This document shows, in pieces, positions 8,522 through 16,266 of a stretch of DNA of 32,000 bases. The stretch's first letter is position 1, and every line of letters starts with the position of its first letter. Source of the stretch: Staphylothermus hellenicus DSM 12710. GTDB taxonomy: Archaea; Thermoproteota; Thermoprotei_A; Sulfolobales; Desulfurococcaceae. The stretch is from positions 1,170,001 through 1,202,000 of the forward strand of contig NC_014205.1 of assembly GCF_000092465.1 (NCBI RefSeq), written 5' to 3'. The notes beneath the pieces were generated by a model. It searched no databases and was not told where the DNA came from. It saw only the letters and a program-made list of their open reading frames with translations. The translations under genes and the position numbers were made by a program.

Positions 8522-8923
8522 TTATAAACTTTTTTCGTTCTTAATTCTTTGCTTTATTTTTTCTAATGTTTTCCTTGACTTGGTAATGGCTAGTGCTTTA
8601 TCACGCATCTTTCTGAGATACCCTAGAGGTGGAAACCATATAGCGTCTCTTGGACAAGCCTTTGCACATGTATCGCAGCCAACCATGCAATTATAAGGTC
8701 TAGCAACTACTGGCCTCATTTTTTCAAAGTCCCAATCATATACTGTTCTCCCACAGGTGAAGAGACATAAACCACATCCAATACATCTCTCATAATCAAT
8801 TCGTGGATACCAATCAATTTCTTTTCTAGGAATCCCCCACCAATCTTTTTTAGATAAATCCTTGATCTCTCTTCCAAGTATATCTTTCTTTACGCTTTGT
8901 TCTTTACCCATCATAATTATCAT
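8522..8923 (-). CDS. 4Fe-4S dicluster ferredoxin-domain protein
   Basis: Two cluster motifs: CIGCGLCLFTCGR and CMVGCDTCAKACPRDAI. The stop codon abuts the 3' end of the convergent tRNA. Confidence 0.75.
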   Translation of the reverse strand: MIIMMGKEQSVKKDILGREIKDLSKKDWWGIPRKEIDWYPRIDYERCIGCGLCLFTCGRTVYDWDFEKMRPVVARPYNCMVGCDTCAKACPRDAIWFPPLGYLRKMRDKALAITKSRKTLEKIKQRIKNEKSL

Positions 8924-8927
8924 CTCT

Positions 8928-8949
8928 CATATGAAGTTTTCTTCATATG
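8928..8949. promoter_or_regulatory. perfect 9-bp inverted repeat CATATGAAG-TTTT-CTTCATATG; candidate operator
   Basis: Read directly. It lies 5 nt upstream of the ferredoxin start codon, in the divergent spacer shared with the ArsR-family gene. Confidence 0.35.
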
Positions 8950-9082
8950 AAAAATATTTAATATGAGATTAATATATTTTTACCTCGAGGCAAAAGGTTT
9001 CCAGCAATAGTTATGGTTAGGTTTTTAGATGAATGATCAAGGATAATTAAATACTAGATAAACGAAACAATAAGGGATAAGA

Positions 9083-9469
9083 ATGAGTGATAATAAAATA
9101 GATATCTATATCGATAGAATACTGGAAGAATCAGCATTTAGATGCGGTATTGAAATACTTGATATTATGAAGAGAAGAATAAAGAAGAAAATAGTTATAC
9201 CTAATGATGAAAAGCTCAGCAAATTAGCTAAATATCTTAGCTTACTCTCTAATCCTATAAGGTTAAAAATAGTTTTTCTACTTTCACAAACAGAGCTTCC
9301 AGTTTGTATTATTTCGTCTATTTTAGGTCTTGAACAAAGCCTGGTTTCTCATCATTTAGCTGTTCTTAGAAGGGCCAACATTGTTGGGGCGAAAAGTGTT
9401 GGTAAATATAGGTTATACTATTTAAAAACTAATAGCCTATTGGAAAATATTTTGAACGAGCTTAGTTGA
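9083..9469 (+). CDS. ArsR/SmtB-family winged-helix transcriptional regulator
   Basis: LSLLSNPIRLKIVFLLSQTELPVCIISSILGLEQSLVSHHLAVLRRANIV matches the ArsR HTH signature (NPxRLxIL...S.HL..L). Confidence 0.75.
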   Translation: MSDNKIDIYIDRILEESAFRCGIEILDIMKRRIKKKIVIPNDEKLSKLAKYLSLLSNPIRLKIVFLLSQTELPVCIISSILGLEQSLVSHHLAVLRRANIVGAKSVGKYRLYYLKTNSLLENILNELS

Positions 9470-9500
9470 AGTTATGCTTGAAAAACACTATTACTATATT

Positions 9501-9752
9501 TTACTGCTTCCTCCTACTTATCCATTCGGTTCTATATCTCCATAATGCTGGCGGGGTCCATATAATCCATGCAGGTATTTTCTTAATGAATTCATATGCT
9601 TCTTCCCAACTCTCAAGATCCAGTTTATCGGCTAGTTCATCTAGGCTCATAGGTCTATGCAGGTATTCTCTTATGATCTCGAGTGTTTCTTCATTTATCT
9701 CTATTTCTTTATCTCCAACCCTTACCACGTATTTCGGTGCTTCCTCAGCCAT
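9501..9752 (-). CDS. hypothetical small acidic protein (83 aa)
   Basis: The ORF has plausible composition (MAEEAPKYVVRVGDKEIEINEETLE...). I prefer it to the Ser/Leu-rich antisense ORF at 9466-9783. No family recognised. Confidence 0.4.
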   Translation of the reverse strand: MAEEAPKYVVRVGDKEIEINEETLEIIREYLHRPMSLDELADKLDLESWEEAYEFIKKIPAWIIWTPPALWRYRTEWISRRKQ

Positions 9753-9826
9753 TTATACCACACCATTTCAGAAATACTACTAACTTAAAGGTTTATGAGT
9801 TTGTTTGGCTTATTAATTTTATTTAT

Positions 9827-9888
9827 GTGATGAAGCGTTCCAGCATTGAGCCTGTTGGCTGTGAAGAAAACTTCTTTCGCCCCACTGA
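9827..9888 (+). ncRNA. candidate C/D box sRNA (62 nt)
   Basis: Layout: C box GUGAUGA (9827-9833), 12-nt spacer AGCGUUCCAGCA, D'-like UUGA (9846-9849), C'-like GUGAAGA (9861-9867), D box CUGA (9885-9888). It is locally GC-enriched within an AT-rich spacer. The 17-nt C'-D spacer is longer than the canonical 12 nt. Confidence 0.35.
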
Positions 9889-12800
9889 TTAATATACTTT
9901 TGATAAAACACCTGGTCTCGGCTCATATACTAGTCCGTCTTTTTTAAGTCTTCTTATCATTTCAATAACGAATTCTTTATCGAATCCCTTCTCTTTAGCT
10001 AGCTTATATAGTTCTTTATATTCTATTTCATCGTATTCCTCGAATAGCTTATCAATGAATTTCATGAATCCCTTCATTTTAACCTGCTTACTTCTAGAAA
10101 CACCTAGCTCTACTAAATCAATATCTAATCTGCCAGATTTAACATCGTAACCTACTTTTCTCAAACTATAATACATTAAACGTATAGCTTCTTCAGCATC
10201 CTCGATTGTTGCTTTAGTTTTTAAAGCCATTTTTGCATGGGCTTCTGATAATCTGATTAATGCTTCTAATTGTCTAGGTGTCATAGCTATGGCTGGTGGG
10301 CCTTCCTTACTAGCTTTTAAGCCTGAAAGCCTCATGTTTACATAGAAGTCTAGGAGCAGTTTTTTAGCGTCCTGTGTTAGTTTTGGCCTAATATATCTTC
10401 TCGCATAACTAATGTATTTCTTGAGAAGCTGGGTATCAATTAATGGTTTTGCTTTTTCATAATCCGTATGAATATCAAGTATATGTTTAGCTAGCAGTGT
10501 ATCCTTGGTTTTCTCCGGTATATCCTCAACTATAAATATTAGGTCGAATCTCGATAGAATAGGCGGCGGGAGATCAATGTTTTTACTTACCGGTAACGAA
10601 TGATCGTATCTTCCAAGTTTTGGATTACCGGCTGCGAGAACAGATGCTCTAGCATTTAGTCTGGCAACAATACCTGCTTTAGCGATACTAACAGTATTAT
10701 GCAGTATGAGACCGTCTGAGACGAATAAGTGGTATGGTTCGATAGTTATGTCATAAACCCATTCCGAATCTTTGTTCTTAATTGTTTCTACATCAGTAAT
10801 CATTCTAATAACGGCATCCCTACCTAATGCTTCTTCGAGATCCTTTAGTTTCTGCCTCAATATCCCTAGCTTATCCCTAAGTCTTATAAGGAGTTCTCTA
10901 CGTGATTTAAGATGCAATAGTTCTGTACGAGACTCGTTTTTCAATCCAAGAATCTGGGATAACATGGATACTTCTTTCTCTACTTTTTTAATAATACCTG
11001 CTAACACTTCAAAGTCGTAGACGTTTAGTTCTTTAGCTATCTTGGTTAACCCCATAGAGTATAATAGCTCATACCATGTTGCTGGATATAGATGGCAATT
11101 CATGATTTCATATAGTAGTTCATCGCTAAAAACAACTTCTTCAACTCTAAGCATTAATAGAAGTCTTCTTAGAGAGCAGGGGCCTGATGGATAAAGCCTT
11201 ATCTCGTTTTCATGTTTAACAATGAAGGTTGATATATTTATATTCATTAATTGATCACGGATTTCAATGGCTTCAGAAATGTTTCTAGCCTGAATATATG
11301 GAAGCTCCTTATCTAATACGATCTTTCCCCTAATACTGTTGATTATGTTATCTTCATTTATATCTTTAATAATCTTATGACCCAGCACACCTATGGTTAA
11401 GGTACCATTACGGATTCTATCAGCTCTAACAGTTTTTATTTTTCCATCATCAATTACCAGCACTGGATGCTCTGGTGTAACGATTATTTCTGCTCCATTA
11501 CTAAATCTTAACTTTATAAATTGATTAGGTGCTTTATGTCTACTCACCCTATCTGCTTTTACAAGTACTTGTTCTCCTGAACGCATATTATATGATAGAA
11601 GAAATAAGTCATCAACAAACAGTATCTCAGTATCCTTGCCTTTAACGATTTTTTCCTTATTCTTAGCTATTAGCTCATCTACTAAGTCTCCAATCTTAAC
11701 CTTTCTACCGTCCGCTAACATTACTTTGAAATCTTTATGATAACTTTGCTGCTCTAATGCTTCATGTATTGCGCTTCGATCCTCTTCTCTCATTTTATCG
11801 ATCTCATCTATACATGCAACTCCTCCATCAGCTAATACCAATGCTCCTGCCTCGAGATAATATTCTCCTGTAGCTTTATCTCTGAGAACGCTTGCTGTTA
11901 AACCAGCAGCTGTTGATCCTTTCCCACTAGTATATATTCCGCGGGGAGCGATCTTTGCAGTATATTGTAGCATTTGAGACTTAGCAGTACCCGGATCTCC
12001 CACTAATAATATATGTATGTCTCCACGTATTCTTGTCCCATCAGGTAATAGTTTGGGAACTCCTCCGAAAAGCAGTAATGCTATTGCTTCCTTAATGTTC
12101 CAATGACCATAAATAGCTGGTGCAATACTCGCTATTATCTTCTCTCTGATCCATGGATCTCTTGCTAACTCCTTTATTTTATCCTCGTCCTCACGCGTTA
12201 TCTCTATTTCCTCCAATACCTTCTGCTGGACATCGACATAGTTTGCTTCAAGATAAAATCCAAAAACAGATTTACCAATACCTCTCCGCGCAGAACTCGT
12301 GGGCATAACTCGTAGAATCCCTGTTATTAAGACTCTATCACCAGGTCTCGCTGAATCTACCAGATCACCTGTAAGAACAACCTCAATACTTCTCGGGATC
12401 TGGCCTGGTGGGATCTCTTCTGGTTTTTCCTGCACAACTATTTTCTGCCAATCAATAAATTTAGACTTATTCAATAATAGCTGGAACTTACCTGTTTTTC
12501 CACATCTAGGGCAGTATGGGGGTTTTTCTATTCTCTCCCCCATTTCTCCTTCTTCAGGCCATTCAAACTCTTCTCCACATTCAGGATCTACATGTTTAAA
12601 AACTGCTTTAACCAGTCTAGCTTCTACTCTTGTTAGCCTAGTCAATATACCTTCTATGGCAACGAATTTCCCTATTTTCTCGCTTGTTAATTCCCTGATC
12701 TTCAATACTTTGCTTGGGTTGCGGAATCTCGGGTAAAATTTATCTACAGACTCAGCATATTCTGGGTTCTCTCTTTTCACTAATTCCTTAATTGCTACGC

Positions 12801-13038
12801 TAGCTGCTTCAATAGCTGTATCAGGGTTATTTTCAATAATATGTGCTAGTCCTCTATCGAATAATGTTATATCGTTGAAATCGATTATTAGGCTCCTCTG
12901 ACCCATTGAAGCCATATGGCTTATTCTTTCACGATATTTAAACATGCCTGTCCTACGATCTCTGAAATCCCATAGAAACCTCTTAAACCTTGTTATAAGA
13001 TCCGGTTCTGTTTTCTCCTTTTCCAATGTGTATGTCAA
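9889..13038 (-). CDS. mcm: MCM replicative helicase interrupted by an in-frame intein (699-aa extein + 350-aa intein)
   Basis: TTG start preceded by GGAGG. Contains a zinc motif (CPRCG), Walker A GDPGTAKSQ, Walker B ACIDEIDKM and the arginine-finger motif SRFDLIF. The conserved HEALEQQ/TVSIAKAGI segment is split by 350 extra residues. Confidence 0.95.
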   Translation of the reverse strand: MTYTLEKEKTEPDLITRFKRFLWDFRDRRTGMFKYRERISHMASMGQRSLIIDFNDITLFDRGLAHIIENNPDTAIEAASVAIKELVKRENPEYAESVDKFYPRFRNPSKVLKIRELTSEKIGKFVAIEGILTRLTRVEARLVKAVFKHVDPECGEEFEWPEEGEMGERIEKPPYCPRCGKTGKFQLLLNKSKFIDWQKIVVQEKPEEIPPGQIPRSIEVVLTGDLVDSARPGDRVLITGILRVMPTSSARRGIGKSVFGFYLEANYVDVQQKVLEEIEITREDEDKIKELARDPWIREKIIASIAPAIYGHWNIKEAIALLLFGGVPKLLPDGTRIRGDIHILLVGDPGTAKSQMLQYTAKIAPRGIYTSGKGSTAAGLTASVLRDKATGEYYLEAGALVLADGGVACIDEIDKMREEDRSAIHEALEQQSYHKDFKVMLADGRKVKIGDLVDELIAKNKEKIVKGKDTEILFVDDLFLLSYNMRSGEQVLVKADRVSRHKAPNQFIKLRFSNGAEIIVTPEHPVLVIDDGKIKTVRADRIRNGTLTIGVLGHKIIKDINEDNIINSIRGKIVLDKELPYIQARNISEAIEIRDQLMNINISTFIVKHENEIRLYPSGPCSLRRLLLMLRVEEVVFSDELLYEIMNCHLYPATWYELLYSMGLTKIAKELNVYDFEVLAGIIKKVEKEVSMLSQILGLKNESRTELLHLKSRRELLIRLRDKLGILRQKLKDLEEALGRDAVIRMITDVETIKNKDSEWVYDITIEPYHLFVSDGLILHNTVSIAKAGIVARLNARASVLAAGNPKLGRYDHSLPVSKNIDLPPPILSRFDLIFIVEDIPEKTKDTLLAKHILDIHTDYEKAKPLIDTQLLKKYISYARRYIRPKLTQDAKKLLLDFYVNMRLSGLKASKEGPPAIAMTPRQLEALIRLSEAHAKMALKTKATIEDAEEAIRLMYYSLRKVGYDVKSGRLDIDLVELGVSRSKQVKMKGFMKFIDKLFEEYDEIEYKELYKLAKEKGFDKEFVIEMIRRLKKDGLVYEPRPGVLSKVY
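10696..11745 (-). mobile_element. intein within mcm (Ser1 ... His-Asn / Thr+1)
   Basis: The insert starts SYHKDFKVMLADG and has block B TPEH (IIVTPEHPVLV). It ends VYDITIEPYHLFVSDGLILHN, followed by TVSIAKAG. The boundary codons were checked at 11743-11745 (AGT) and 10696-10698 (AAT). Confidence 0.85.
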
Positions 13039-13076
13039 TCTAGATATCCTCCCCTACATAATTAACTATAATTAAA

Positions 13077-13604
13077 CTAATGTTTTTCTATTCTCAGACT
13101 CTTCATCCACACGTTGAGAGAGCTTTTTAATAAGTTTAATAATGTTTTTTCTTCCTCGCTCAATTTATCTAGAATTTCCTGGGGTATCTGGGGTAGTAGG
13201 AGAATGTATAAGATTTTCTTTAAACGTATCTTACCAATTGTGTAGATTAGATCCTCATATGTTTTAAGCTCCTGTAATAAGTTGATATCAGCATTTTTAC
13301 TGAGCTTCTCACGTATTTCTTCTATTTCTTTTTTGACTAACAAGTAGAAGTACCTTGGAACTTTTACAAATTCTGGGCGGCCAATAGTTGATTCTTCATT
13401 ATATGCTATACTGGATAGTTTTTCAACACTTATATTATCACTCTTAATATTAACAATCCCTTTTTTCAATAATTCATAAGCAATCCACCTAGGCAAATTA
13501 TATTCAGCACCCCTAACCAAATCAATAAATCCCTCATGTGTTAAAACCCTGAAATTACCACCTATAACTTCAACCCGGACTTCTTCCTCCATGAAGTCTC
13601 TCAT
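13077..13604 (-). CDS. GINS subunit, Gins23-type (B-domain then A-domain)
   Basis: It lies immediately upstream of mcm on the same strand (38-nt gap), the conserved crenarchaeal gins23-mcm arrangement. An N-terminal beta-rich segment carries the LPRWIAYELLKKG motif and is followed by a helical domain. The start is probably ATG 13604 or 13592 rather than 13664. Confidence 0.55.
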   Translation of the reverse strand: MRDFMEEEVRVEVIGGNFRVLTHEGFIDLVRGAEYNLPRWIAYELLKKGIVNIKSDNISVEKLSSIAYNEESTIGRPEFVKVPRYFYLLVKKEIEEIREKLSKNADINLLQELKTYEDLIYTIGKIRLKKILYILLLPQIPQEILDKLSEEEKTLLNLLKSSLNVWMKSLRIEKH

Positions 13605-13668
13605 AATAAACTCTATTATTTTATCAACCAAAACCGTGTGAATACCTGTCAACCAGTAAATCACCCTC

Positions 13669-13685
13669 CTAAACTAATAGTTTAG
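13669..13685. promoter_or_regulatory. inverted repeat CTAAACTA-A-TAGTTTAG in the divergent gins/mcm - rfc promoter region
   Basis: Read directly: an 8-bp perfect inverted repeat. The half-site CCTAAAC recurs at 13743-13749. Confidence 0.3.
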
Positions 13686-13777
13686 AGAAGGCCCTAAAAA
13701 GAGTCCCTGTATAACATGTTGTGAGGTACAAATATATGTTTGTCCTAAACATAGATATTTATTAGGTGTATCAACAT

Positions 13778-14767
13778 ATGAGTAGCTCTCGAGAAGTTAT
13801 AGCCGAGTTATTATGGGCTGAAAAGTACAGGCCTAAAACGTTGGATGAAATAGTTAATCAAGAAGAAATAGTATCTCGTTTAAAACGGTTTGTCCAGGAA
13901 AGAAATATGCCCCATCTACTCTTTGCAGGTCCTCCAGGTACTGGTAAAACCACAGCTGCTCACTGCTTAGCCCACGACTTATTCGGGGAAAACTATAGGC
14001 AATACATGTTGGAGCTGAACGCTAGTGATGAGAGAGGAATAGATGTTATACGTAGCAAGGTAAAAGAATTCGCTAGAACCCGGGTTACAGCTAATATTCC
14101 ATTCAAAATAGTCCTGCTAGATGAAGCTGACAATATGACAGCAGATGCACAACAAGCTCTTCGTAGACTTATGGAAATGTATACTGCAACAACCAGGTTC
14201 ATATTAATAGCTAATTATCCAAGCAAAATAATCGAGCCGATCCAGAGTAGATGTGCAGTATTTAGATTCGCCCCGCTGAAAAAAGAAGACGTGATATCAA
14301 GGCTTAAATGGATAGCTAATCAGGAGAAAGTTGAGGTAGACGAAGAAGCTCTAGAAGCAATACATGATTTATCAGAAGGAGATATGAGGAGAGCGATAAA
14401 TATATTACAAGCGGCCGCAGCACTTGGTAGAGTAACGGTTGATAGTGTCTATAAAGTCGTCGGATTAGCACATCCTAGAGAAATAAGACAAATGATACAG
14501 TTAGCATTAGCAGGCAACTTTACCGATGCACGTGAGAAGCTAAGAAAACTAATGATCAATTATGGGCTAAGCGGGGTCGACGTTATTAAACAAGTTCACA
14601 GAGAAATATTCAGTACAGACATAAAGATACCGGATGAATTCAAAATAATAATAGCAGACTTGGCAGGAGAAATACAGTTCCGACTAGTTGAAGGAGCTGA
14701 TGATGAAATACAGTTAAACGCTTTCCTAGCAAGACTGGCATTCCTAGGAAAGAAACTAAAACCATAA
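13778..14767 (+). CDS. rfcS: replication factor C small subunit
   Basis: Contains WAEKYRPKTLDEI, Walker A GPPGTGKTT, Walker B LDEADNM and the SRC motif QSRCAVFRF. ATG 13778 is preferred over GTG 13766. Confidence 0.93.
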   Translation: MSSSREVIAELLWAEKYRPKTLDEIVNQEEIVSRLKRFVQERNMPHLLFAGPPGTGKTTAAHCLAHDLFGENYRQYMLELNASDERGIDVIRSKVKEFARTRVTANIPFKIVLLDEADNMTADAQQALRRLMEMYTATTRFILIANYPSKIIEPIQSRCAVFRFAPLKKEDVISRLKWIANQEKVEVDEEALEAIHDLSEGDMRRAINILQAAAALGRVTVDSVYKVVGLAHPREIRQMIQLALAGNFTDAREKLRKLMINYGLSGVDVIKQVHREIFSTDIKIPDEFKIIIADLAGEIQFRLVEGADDEIQLNAFLARLAFLGKKLKP

Positions 14768-14787
14768 ACTAAACAAAGGTATCCAGG

Positions 14788-16059
14788 ATGCCCCGCAGAA
14801 TTCCATGGATAATAAAGTATAGGCCAAAGAAAATCGCCGATGTAGTTAATCAGGATAAAGCTAAAAAACAATTTATTCAATGGCTTGAATCATGGCTTAA
14901 AGGAAAACCATCTAAGAAAGCCGCTCTACTATATGGCCCAGCAGGTTGTGGTAAAACTAGCTTAGTCGAAGCAGCAGCTAATGAATACGGCTTAGAAATA
15001 GTAGAGATGAATGCCAGCGATTTTAGGAGAAGACAAGATATCGAGAGAATAGCTAAAACAGCTGCTTCTATGAGAAGCCTATTCGCCCGTGGGAAAATCA
15101 TATTGTTGGACGAAGTCGATGGTATAAGTGGAACGGCTGATAAAGGAGCTATATATGCCATACTACACTTATTAGAAATAACGCGTTACCCTGTAGTTAT
15201 GACGGCTAATAACCCCTGGGATCAAAAACTTAGGCCCCTCAGAGACGCATCACTAATGATTTCTTTTAAGAGATTGACTGAGAGAAATGTAGTAATAGTT
15301 CTAAAAAGAATATGTCAATTCGAAAAACTAGAATGCGAAGATGCAGCTTTAAAAGAAATAGCTCGGAGAAGCGAAGGAGATCTTAGAAGCGCGATAAATG
15401 ATCTGCAAGCAATAGCTGAGGGATTTGGCAGAGTAACTCTTAACTGGGTAAGAGAATTATCAGCATACAGAACAAGAGAATACGCACCTTTCGAAGCGTT
15501 AAAGAAAATGTTTAATGCAAAATATATATTTCAAGCCAAATCAGCAATATCACAGGCAAACATAGATTATGAAACAATGATGATCTGGATAAACGAGCAT
15601 ATACCAACTTATTATGATGATCCAGAAGAGATCTGGAGAGCATATGAAGCACTTAGCAGGGCAGATGTATACATGGGTAGGATCAGGAAAACTGGTTCAT
15701 GGGATCTTTTAAGCTATGTTTTTGATATGATGGGGCCTGGAGTAGCATTTGCTAGAAAGATATATAGGTATAGATGGAAACCATTCCGTTCTCCGCAAAG
15801 ACTGCAATTACTAGCACATACCAAGAGAAGCAGAGAGGTAAGAGAAGGCATAGCAATGACACTAGCTCCAAGACTAATAACTAGTAGAACAACTATTAAA
15901 AGAGATGTTATACCTTTCCTAAAAATAATATTTACGCAAGCCCCAAAATATGCAGCTAGAATAGCATTGGCTTACGGGTTAACAGAGGAAATGATTAAAT
16001 GGCTTGCAGGACCCAAGAGTAGTGAAGTATTAGCTTATTATAGAAGATTTAAGAGATAG
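14788..16059 (+). CDS. rfcL: replication factor C large subunit
   Basis: Contains [13 protein letters not shown], Walker [10 protein letters not shown] and Walker B LLDEVDGI. It starts 20 nt downstream of rfcS, and its length is typical of archaeal RfcL. Confidence 0.9.
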   Translation: MPRRIPWIIKYRPKKIADVVNQDKAKKQFIQWLESWLKGKPSKKAALLYGPAGCGKTSLVEAAANEYGLEIVEMNASDFRRRQDIERIAKTAASMRSLFARGKIILLDEVDGISGTADKGAIYAILHLLEITRYPVVMTANNPWDQKLRPLRDASLMISFKRLTERNVVIVLKRICQFEKLECEDAALKEIARRSEGDLRSAINDLQAIAEGFGRVTLNWVRELSAYRTREYAPFEALKKMFNAKYIFQAKSAISQANIDYETMMIWINEHIPTYYDDPEEIWRAYEALSRADVYMGRIRKTGSWDLLSYVFDMMGPGVAFARKIYRYRWKPFRSPQRLQLLAHTKRSREVREGIAMTLAPRLITSRTTIKRDVIPFLKIIFTQAPKYAARIALAYGLTEEMIKWLAGPKSSEVLAYYRRFKR

Positions 16060-16065
16060 TTTAGA

Positions 16066-16266
16066 TTAGCTTTTCTTTTCTCTAAGCCTGAACAATCTTA
16101 ACCTACCAAATCTTCGCTCCTCAACATATCCTTCTTCAACAAGCTCTCTCAGCTCTTTAACTAACACTCTGTAATGTAAACCTGTTAATCGTGCAAGTCT
16201 ACTAATATTTAATTCATTATATTTTCTGAGGATATCTAATATGATTTGTCTAGATTTATTGTTCAT
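16066..16266 (-). CDS. stand-alone winged-helix DNA-binding protein (66 aa)
   Basis: ILDILRKYNELNISRLARLTGLHYRVLVKELRELVEEGYVEERRFGRLRLFRL fits a helix-turn-helix plus beta-wing pattern. Its ATG overlaps the orc1/cdc6 stop (ATGA at 16263-16266). Confidence 0.6.
   Translation of the reverse strand: MNNKSRQIILDILRKYNELNISRLARLTGLHYRVLVKELRELVEEGYVEERRFGRLRLFRLREKKS

Noticed and set aside
8475-8696. 73-aa plus-strand ORF
   Set aside because: It starts inside the tRNA-Pro 3' half and then runs antisense to the ferredoxin gene, so it is not credible as a gene.
9466-9892. Plus-strand ORFs 9466-9783 and 9683-9892
   Set aside because: The first is the Ser/Leu-rich antisense of a more plausible minus-strand ORF. 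The second spans an intergenic spacer that is better explained by the C/D-box-like RNA candidate.
10990-11010. LAGIIKK inside the intein as a possible LAGLIDADG motif
   Set aside because: It is only a superficial match. It lacks the conserved Gly and acidic residue pattern, and there is no second motif at the expected spacing.
10772-12736. Plus-strand ORFs 10772-11020 and 12299-12736
   Set aside because: They are shadow ORFs antisense to mcm and its intein.
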